A DNA stretch of 64,000 bases from Spirochaetota bacterium (lineage in GTDB: Bacteria; Spirochaetota; UBA4802; UBA5550): contig OY760686.1 in assembly GCA_963663865.1 (NCBI GenBank), forward strand, positions 1,248,001-1,312,000, written 5' to 3'. The translations under genes and the position numbers were made by a program. Position 1 is the stretch's first letter. Every line of letters starts with the position of its first letter. Positions 57,929-64,000 of the stretch are shown here, in pieces. The notes under the pieces were generated by a model. The model did not search any database. It worked only from the letters and a program-made list of their open reading frames with translations, and was not told the origin of the DNA.

Positions 57929-59542
57929 ATGGCCGGATATACTGACTCCATTCAGGCAGTTCCTTCTGATGTTATTGAATACGGGGAGACCCTCGGGCTC
58001 TTTGACTCAATCAGGATAAATCCCCCCAGAGGCTTTCACTTAATTTTCGAAATCGCAAGAACCGTTCTGACGGACAGACAGTCAGAGGCGTACAGGGCGG
58101 TAAAAGACCTTCTCGAAGAGGAGACTGAAACAGGTTCCGAGCGCGATGAGAATATTGAAGTCAACCGCATGGATCGGACATCTCCGCTGAGTGACAGGAT
58201 GGAGATTGAGACTTACCGGACGATTAATGACCTTAAAAAAGCCCTTCCAAGAGAGCTCGCGCAGGATGACGACATATTCAACGCAAAGCTTTTTACACGC
58301 ACCCTGCTTGTTGAACATTTTTACGAATCGGAGCGCGATACCTTCAAGTCAATCTCAACACGTGATGACGGTAGGCAAGCTAACAGCTTTGATCAGAAGG
58401 TTTACATTCTCCTGGACTGTTCACGTTCAATGGACTTCAAGAACAGGTCATTCTATTCAAAATGCCTTGTGGCTGAATTCATGAGACAGAAGATCAGAAG
58501 CAGGGCAAAAATATACTTTAGAACATTTCAGTCAAAGACAGGTCCGCTCTTCAAGGCCCTTTCGCATGAGGATTATCCGGCCATTATGGGGCATGTTCTT
58601 TCCTCTCCGACCGGCGGTAGCGGGACAGATATACAGAAAGCCGTGTTTCAGGCTGTCGATGACATGGACTATGACCGTGAGATGCTGAATTCAGAGATTC
58701 TTGTTGTAACTGACGGAGGAAGCAGGATAGACAGACAGTCCCTTAAAACGAAGCTCGGGGCGGTGAAGCTGAATATTCTCAAGATCGGGGACGAAAAGGC
58801 GCGATTGGATTATTACGAGCTGAAGAGTGTTTTTGAAAAAAGTGGAATCAAGTATGATCCTTCATCTTTTATCTCAAACGGAAGTGTAAACAGGGCGCGA
58901 AGCTCTGAGCCAATGGAAGAGCGCAGAGCGCAGAGGATCTTAAGCGATTATTCTGATTCGGTTTTCAGAGATTTGCGGGATATTTCATCCAGATATATCG
59001 AGATCGCGGATATTGATTCAGAATCACTTTCAGGGTCAATGTCGGATGAAGAGACCATTGCCATGTTGAACGCTACAGAGTCAAGGCTTAGAAACGCCTT
59101 TATAACATCTCAGCCCGACGAACTATTAGGGCTATACCGGCAGGTAGTTTTTTTTCAGCAATATCTTGATTCGATGAGACAGAACGGAAGTTCAATCGGG
59201 CATGGTCTTCAGCAGTTACTGGAAAGGGCCTCCGAACTAAAAAAGAAGATGCTTCAGAACCCAGGATTGCTGAGAGAGGTCCTTGAGACAGACGGGATGG
59301 GGGATGACAGAGCTGAACTAAAGCAGTCAATGAAAGAGCTGAAAAAAATGCTGAAAGAACAGGCGCTTAACGGCAGCAGGCTGACGGGTAAGCAGATGCG
59401 TGACGGTCGGCTGGTCTTTATGATGCAGCAGGGTCCCGGTAAGGGGAGGCCGGGCGAACTGCTGAGGCTTCTTTTTGTGAAGCTTCAGGACGCACTCGCT
59501 GCCATGCTGGCAGGAGCGGGCCTGCGGCGTAAAAAAAGATAG
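57929..59542 (+). CDS. VWA domain protein (ViaA-like)
   Basis: ALPREL, MIDAS ILLDCSRSM, GTDI, VVTDG; directly follows the AAA+ gene. Confidence 0.82.
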   Translation: MAGYTDSIQAVPSDVIEYGETLGLFDSIRINPPRGFHLIFEIARTVLTDRQSEAYRAVKDLLEEETETGSERDENIEVNRMDRTSPLSDRMEIETYRTINDLKKALPRELAQDDDIFNAKLFTRTLLVEHFYESERDTFKSISTRDDGRQANSFDQKVYILLDCSRSMDFKNRSFYSKCLVAEFMRQKIRSRAKIYFRTFQSKTGPLFKALSHEDYPAIMGHVLSSPTGGSGTDIQKAVFQAVDDMDYDREMLNSEILVVTDGGSRIDRQSLKTKLGAVKLNILKIGDEKARLDYYELKSVFEKSGIKYDPSSFISNGSVNRARSSEPMEERRAQRILSDYSDSVFRDLRDISSRYIEIADIDSESLSGSMSDEETIAMLNATESRLRNAFITSQPDELLGLYRQVVFFQQYLDSMRQNGSSIGHGLQQLLERASELKKKMLQNPGLLREVLETDGMGDDRAELKQSMKELKKMLKEQALNGSRLTGKQMRDGRLVFMMQQGPGKGRPGELLRLLFVKLQDALAAMLAGAGLRRKKR

Positions 59543-59546
59543 CCTG

Positions 59547-60518
59547 TCAGTATAGTTTTTTTGTGATGTACCACCGGGCAGTTTCAAGAATAATGTCAAA
59601 GTTGCTTTTTGCAGGCTCCCAGCCCAAATCTTTCTTTGCCTCCTGACAGTCAAGAATCATACTGTAGAAAAGATATGCAATATGCTCAGTGCTGAAAAAG
59701 TGAAATTTGAAGGGACGGTGAAGAAGAGAAAGAAATTCGGCTTTGACTCTGCTGATATGTCTTATCTCAGGGAATATCTTGAGTTCATCCTTTACTCTCA
59801 CGTACTGCTCAATCTGTCTTGGAACCCGGTCTGATCCGACGTTGTAAATCTTCCCCGCGGTTTTGCTGTTGTTAAATGCGAGAAAGATGGCCCGCGCGAA
59901 ATCATCTGGGTGCAGGAGCTGAAAACAGCTGTTTCCGTCTCTACCGACATATACCCTTGATTCGTCTGAAATGGCCGTTGCCAGGTACAATGTTAAAAGT
60001 ACAACAGGGTTTTCTGTTCCGGGAGAAATGGTAAGAGCCGGGCGGAATATCGTCAAGGCGGTGGAAAGGCCGGCAGATGCTTTGATAAGGGCGGCTTCGG
60101 CTTTGAGTTTGTCTTTGCCGTAACTCGATTTTGGCTTTTTCTTCTCATGTTCTCTTACCGGTATTGCTCCCGGCTTTCCATAAACAGAATACGATGATAT
60201 CTGGAAGAAAGCAGATGCGCCTGATTTGTCCGCTGCCCTGTAAAGCATGACAGGGACGTCTATATTCATTTTTCGCATTTTGCGGCGGGTGTTTCTTCCG
60301 TGTGATTTCATGTCCTGGAAGTGGACAACGGCTTTAACGCCGGAACAAAGCTTATTTATATCTTCCGGATTCAGGAGATCTGCCTGGAGGTATTCAGCGC
60401 CCGAAGGAAGTCCCTCAGGCCTGGAGTTGCCGCAGCACCTGATTCTATTTCCTGATTTTAAGAGCAGGCGTACGAGCGAAAGCGCTGACGGCGATGTTAT
60501 TCCTGTGATAAGTACCAT
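59547..60518 (-). CDS. Extended SDR (NAD-dependent epimerase/dehydratase family), degenerate glycine motif
   Basis: VLITG, ISSYSVYG, YGKDK (YxxxK), IYNVG, AKKDLGWEP. Confidence 0.8.
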   Translation of the reverse strand: MVLITGITSPSALSLVRLLLKSGNRIRCCGNSRPEGLPSGAEYLQADLLNPEDINKLCSGVKAVVHFQDMKSHGRNTRRKMRKMNIDVPVMLYRAADKSGASAFFQISSYSVYGKPGAIPVREHEKKKPKSSYGKDKLKAEAALIKASAGLSTALTIFRPALTISPGTENPVVLLTLYLATAISDESRVYVGRDGNSCFQLLHPDDFARAIFLAFNNSKTAGKIYNVGSDRVPRQIEQYVRVKDELKIFPEIRHISRVKAEFLSLLHRPFKFHFFSTEHIAYLFYSMILDCQEAKKDLGWEPAKSNFDIILETARWYITKKLY

Positions 60519-60600
60519 GCTGTATCTCCTATTGTATCATAACAGACTTCAGTATAATTGATTTTTTCTCAAAAGTAAAGTCTGTCAGTGTCCAAACTCA

Positions 60601-61527
60601 TTATTTATGATTGATGTTGTCAATATACCCGGGACTTGACAGAATACGGCCAATGTCTGTGGTCAAAAAGACTCCTTCGACTCTCCCCTGAATGTTCTGT
60701 CTTCTCACTGTTGAGAAGTTATAGCCGCTGCTCCTGTTGTCGGGAAGAATGAAATAGGTTTCTTCAGGAACCTCTCCGGAGAACTCGTCGGAATCCGGCG
60801 GCGGCAAAGTCACTGCGTATGATATGCCGAAGCCGCTCTCAATCAATATGGTCTCAGTGTTGCCGGGGTTTAAACTGTCTTTTATATGCTGTGGAAGCGT
60901 AGTTCTTTCAAGAGGCTGACCGTTTACGATAATAGCATCGGAGCTTATTGAGATAATATCCCCCCCCGAGGCAATAACCCTTTTGATTGTCTGAGAGCCC
61001 GACTCCCCGGTGAGAACAAGGTCTCCACGCTTCAATTTGAGCTTCGGGTATCTGTTGAGCAGAATTACGTCTCCGATTTTAAGGTGCGGAGTCAATGTCT
61101 CGCCGGAAAGCTTTATGGGGGTAACTGCAGTAAATGCGGCCGCAGCGGAGATTGAGTTGATAAGAATCGAAATCAGACAGAAAGCCAGAACAGCAACAGC
61201 CGGTTTACGGACAGGGAAATTTATTGCGTTCTGCTTTTTCATCTCGAAGTAAATAATTGCAGCCGACAAAGGCCCTGATAGGGATGACAGCGCTAAACAT
61301 GCAGAAGAAACGATTAGAGTATTAAATCCATTTTCCGGAACTGCCGCTGCAGGGATGAGCATAAGCGGAAAGAATCTTATTATCTGCATTGTTATGGCCC
61401 GTCTGATCTGTCCGGTGTAGAGATGTCCCGCTCCGGGAAATATGAATGAGAGAATTACCGCGTATACGGTTTTTGGCTTATGGTACACAACGGGAGCGAT
61501 TACCTGGTTTGTCAAAATATACTCCAT
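60601..61527 (-). CDS. Signal peptidase I-like (S26) protein with N-terminal TM region
   Basis: PGAGHLY N-terminus, P.L.IGD, RGDLV, IKRVIA..GD, YFILPDNR. Confidence 0.78.
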   Translation of the reverse strand: MEYILTNQVIAPVVYHKPKTVYAVILSFIFPGAGHLYTGQIRRAITMQIIRFFPLMLIPAAAVPENGFNTLIVSSACLALSSLSGPLSAAIIYFEMKKQNAINFPVRKPAVAVLAFCLISILINSISAAAAFTAVTPIKLSGETLTPHLKIGDVILLNRYPKLKLKRGDLVLTGESGSQTIKRVIASGGDIISISSDAIIVNGQPLERTTLPQHIKDSLNPGNTETILIESGFGISYAVTLPPPDSDEFSGEVPEETYFILPDNRSSGYNFSTVRRQNIQGRVEGVFLTTDIGRILSSPGYIDNINHK

Positions 61528-61761
61528 TACAAAAAATACTGACGAAAATAATCATTAAATATACTGTCGCCGCAATTTCCCTGCACATGTAAGTAGTATT
61601 TCATTAATTAATGTACAAGTTACGCTGACAGTAATACTTGCTTCCCTGTACCTGCTGTTGTCAAATAATATTGATTGACGGAATGCCCGAACTCTGTTTT
61701 TCTGAGCCGGTAATTGCTTCCGGAGTTCGATAAATCGTCCGGATATGGAGGTCTTCTGTTT

Positions 61762-63750
61762 ATGAAGAGGTTTTTCCCGCTCATCCTGGTGCTTGTTCTG
61801 TTCGGCGGTTTTGCGGCTTTAGATGTGTTTAAGTCAGAGGCCGCGCCGGGCAATGCTGTAAAATTTAATGAGGAAGGGTGGACTTATCTGTCTCGAGGTC
61901 AGTACAAGAGGGCTGTCTTGAGCTTTAAAAGCGCACTGGCACAGAACAGCAGGTACAGGGATTCCCTCGCCGGCCTGGCAAAGGCTTATAGAATGACTGG
62001 AGTATACGACAGAGCGCTGGAGCTCTACGCCGACGCGCTGAAGGTTGACAGGACATACAGTGAGGCCTTGACCGGAAGCGGTCTGGTGCTGGTGGAGTTG
62101 GGCCGTTACAAGGAAGCCCTGCGTTTTTTCGAGAAGGCCATAGAGATAACAGGACAGGATTTTGAAGCTCATTATGGAACCGCTTATCTGTATTACAGGA
62201 TGGGCAGGTTCGTATGGGCTGAAAGAAAGGCCGAGACGATTCTAAGGGCCAATCCGTTTCACTACGAAACACTTTTGCTGTATGCGGCCTTAAGAAGCAG
62301 AGACGGCAGAGTCAGAGACGCTGCTGATATCATACAAAAAGCTGTTGACTCGAAGCCTGAACGTCCTGATGGCTACGCGGCCCTTGCTTCAATCCAGTTC
62401 ACAGACTATATCCAGAGCGGCAGCAAAAGCTCGCTTGAGTCAGCAAGAGAAAATATCGACAGGGCTCTTTCGATATCTCCGGAAAACTATGAGGCCGGAA
62501 TAATAGCCGGGGACATAGCCTTTTACGAAGGCGGATACGCGGCCGCGGCTGCATTGTACAAGAAAGCAGCCGAAGGGGTTGATGGAGTCAGGGCACTGTA
62601 CAGGTACGCTGCAGCTGCTGATCTGAGCGGCAATTTCGATGAAGCCGCAAGAGTATTTCTGAACGCTTACAAGAGGTATCCTTCTGACTCGGTTCTCAAG
62701 ACTCGAATTGAGCACTTCCTTATTCTTAGAGATTACAAGATCGCAAACCCGGCCAGAAACATGTTCAGCTCTGAAAACTTTGAGCTTGCCAGAAACAGAA
62801 TGAAAAACAGCATGCCTGTGGAAGCGGTAATGTATCTGAGAAGAACGCTGATGATGAACCCAATGCACATGGCGGCCAGGGTCGAGCTGAAGAACTACTA
62901 CGAGACATACGGATATGACCGTTTCTATATCGATGAGTTGAAACAGCTGCTTAACCTTTACCCTGGTACGGAGAGGCGCGATGAACTTCAGACCGCTGTT
63001 ATGAAAAGGCGGGGCCGCATGTATCACCTTGAAGGTTTTTCGGCGGATGAAGTTCCCAGGGACGTTCCGCGCATTATTGTCATGGATTTTATGCCCCGCG
63101 GTGGAATGGCTGAACATCCTGACGCGGGAGAGGTGCTTGCTTCGCATATCAGCTTTGCCCTCGGGCAGTTCGGCAGAATGGATGCGGCGGGTTTCAGGGA
63201 GAGACAGTCAGTCCGGGGAATCAGCTCTTCCACCGAGGTCCTTGCCGACAGCCTTGAGAAGATTGAAAGCCTGGCAAAAGACGGAGCTATTCAAAGGCCG
63301 GATTATATTCTTTACGGCAGCTACTATGAGAATTCAGGTCATATCAGCTTCAATGCTTCGCTGCTCGACTATTCGAGCGGGGTTGTTATAAGCAGCTTTG
63401 AGATTTCCGAAACAGGCAGAGAAGCTCTTCCCAGAGCATCGCTCCGCGTTGCGGAAAAGGTTTACGGAATGATGCCTTTCAGGGGCAGAATAATCAAGCA
63501 GAAAGACGACTATGTCATTATAAATCTCGGGCTCTATGACGGCATTAAACCCGGAGATATGCTAATGATAAAAAAGTATAATAATCCGGGAAACCTTTAC
63601 GATGTCAGAAGGCGGATACTCTTTACAGTTAAGGAGTCAGACACGCTTGTCACAAAAGCGGTACCGGCTTCAGCCGCCGATCTCGCCGAGGTAGACTCAA
63701 GCGACTATGTCTATCCGCTTGAAAAGCGGAGGGCCCGCAGAATACGCTGA
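61762..63750 (+). CDS. Exported TPR protein with C-terminal CsgG/FlgT-like region
   Basis: Signal peptide MKRFF after GGAGG, multiple TPR repeats, RIIVMDF..DYILYGSY, GRII..VIINLG..DGIKPGD. Confidence 0.8.
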   Translation: MKRFFPLILVLVLFGGFAALDVFKSEAAPGNAVKFNEEGWTYLSRGQYKRAVLSFKSALAQNSRYRDSLAGLAKAYRMTGVYDRALELYADALKVDRTYSEALTGSGLVLVELGRYKEALRFFEKAIEITGQDFEAHYGTAYLYYRMGRFVWAERKAETILRANPFHYETLLLYAALRSRDGRVRDAADIIQKAVDSKPERPDGYAALASIQFTDYIQSGSKSSLESARENIDRALSISPENYEAGIIAGDIAFYEGGYAAAAALYKKAAEGVDGVRALYRYAAAADLSGNFDEAARVFLNAYKRYPSDSVLKTRIEHFLILRDYKIANPARNMFSSENFELARNRMKNSMPVEAVMYLRRTLMMNPMHMAARVELKNYYETYGYDRFYIDELKQLLNLYPGTERRDELQTAVMKRRGRMYHLEGFSADEVPRDVPRIIVMDFMPRGGMAEHPDAGEVLASHISFALGQFGRMDAAGFRERQSVRGISSSTEVLADSLEKIESLAKDGAIQRPDYILYGSYYENSGHISFNASLLDYSSGVVISSFEISETGREALPRASLRVAEKVYGMMPFRGRIIKQKDDYVIINLGLYDGIKPGDMLMIKKYNNPGNLYDVRRRILFTVKESDTLVTKAVPASAADLAEVDSSDYVYPLEKRRARRIR

Positions 63751-63766
63751 CCGGAGAGTGAAATCA

Positions 63767-64000
63767 GTGCAGGGGAAATACTGTGTTTATATGCTTTTGT
63801 GCGAGAACGGATCACTTTACACGGGATATACCGTTGAACCTGAAAAACGCTTCAACGAGCATCTCAATTCCAATGCGGGGGCGAGGTTTACAAAAAGCTT
63901 CAGGCCTGTAGCCATCGCGGCGTGTTGGAAGGTCGAGGGTACAAGGGGCAGCGCGATGCGGCTTGAGGCTTTTATCAAGCGTCAGAGCACCGCGTTAAAG
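63767..64000 (+). CDS. GIY-YIG nuclease family protein (YhbQ/YazA-like), truncated by the window end
   Basis: Translation (M)QGKYCVYMLLCENGSLYTGYT...RFNEH..GARFTK..A.RLEAFIKR; absent from the ORF track because it has no stop in the window. Confidence 0.88.
   Translation, partial: MQGKYCVYMLLCENGSLYTGYTVEPEKRFNEHLNSNAGARFTKSFRPVAIAACWKVEGTRGSAMRLEAFIKRQSTALK

Noticed and set aside
62440-63147. 235-aa minus-strand ORF
   Set aside because: Antisense within the TPR gene, with no independent support.
63767-64000. GIY-YIG gene as a homing endonuclease or mobile element
   Set aside because: Resembles the short stand-alone YhbQ/YazA type; no intron, IS ends or transposase seen.
1-64000. CRISPR arrays, tRNA/rRNA genes, prophage, IS elements and stop-codon recoding
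   Set aside because: No regularly spaced repeats, cloverleaf or rRNA motifs, integrase/transposase genes or split ORFs were seen; standard-code ORFs tile the window.

Overview
This is a densely packed chromosomal segment, mostly housekeeping and envelope genes, from a spirochaete that is probably Leptospira-like and free-living or anaerobic. The taxonomy is inferred from a FlaA sheath protein, a LipL71/LruA-like LysM lipoprotein and a lolA-rodZ-rimO-pgsA-pgpA operon. Recognisable genes include tgt, a sigma-70 factor, ispG, pdxA, recQ, a citrate synthase homologue, a cobalamin riboswitch upstream of tonB-btuB with a separate btuFCD-like ABC operon, apgM, mlaEFD, carB-pyrR-trxB, proC, yggS and adk. 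I found no rRNA, tRNA, CRISPR array or mobile element. The best leads are: (1) an operon of membrane protein, PAS histidine kinase lacking its phospho-His, RavA/MoxR-type AAA+ with an atypical Walker A, and a VWA protein; (2) an Mce/Mla transporter headed by an unassigned aromatic/Pro-repeat exported protein; (3) an IPCT-like cytidylyltransferase, a HAD phosphatase and a nearby PIP-synthase-like enzyme, suggesting CDP-inositol chemistry; (4) a switch-like RNA leader before carB-pyrR; (5) several apparent pseudo-enzymes; and (6) small ORFs missed or mis-started by the ORF track. All family calls come from motif recognition by eye, with no database searches.
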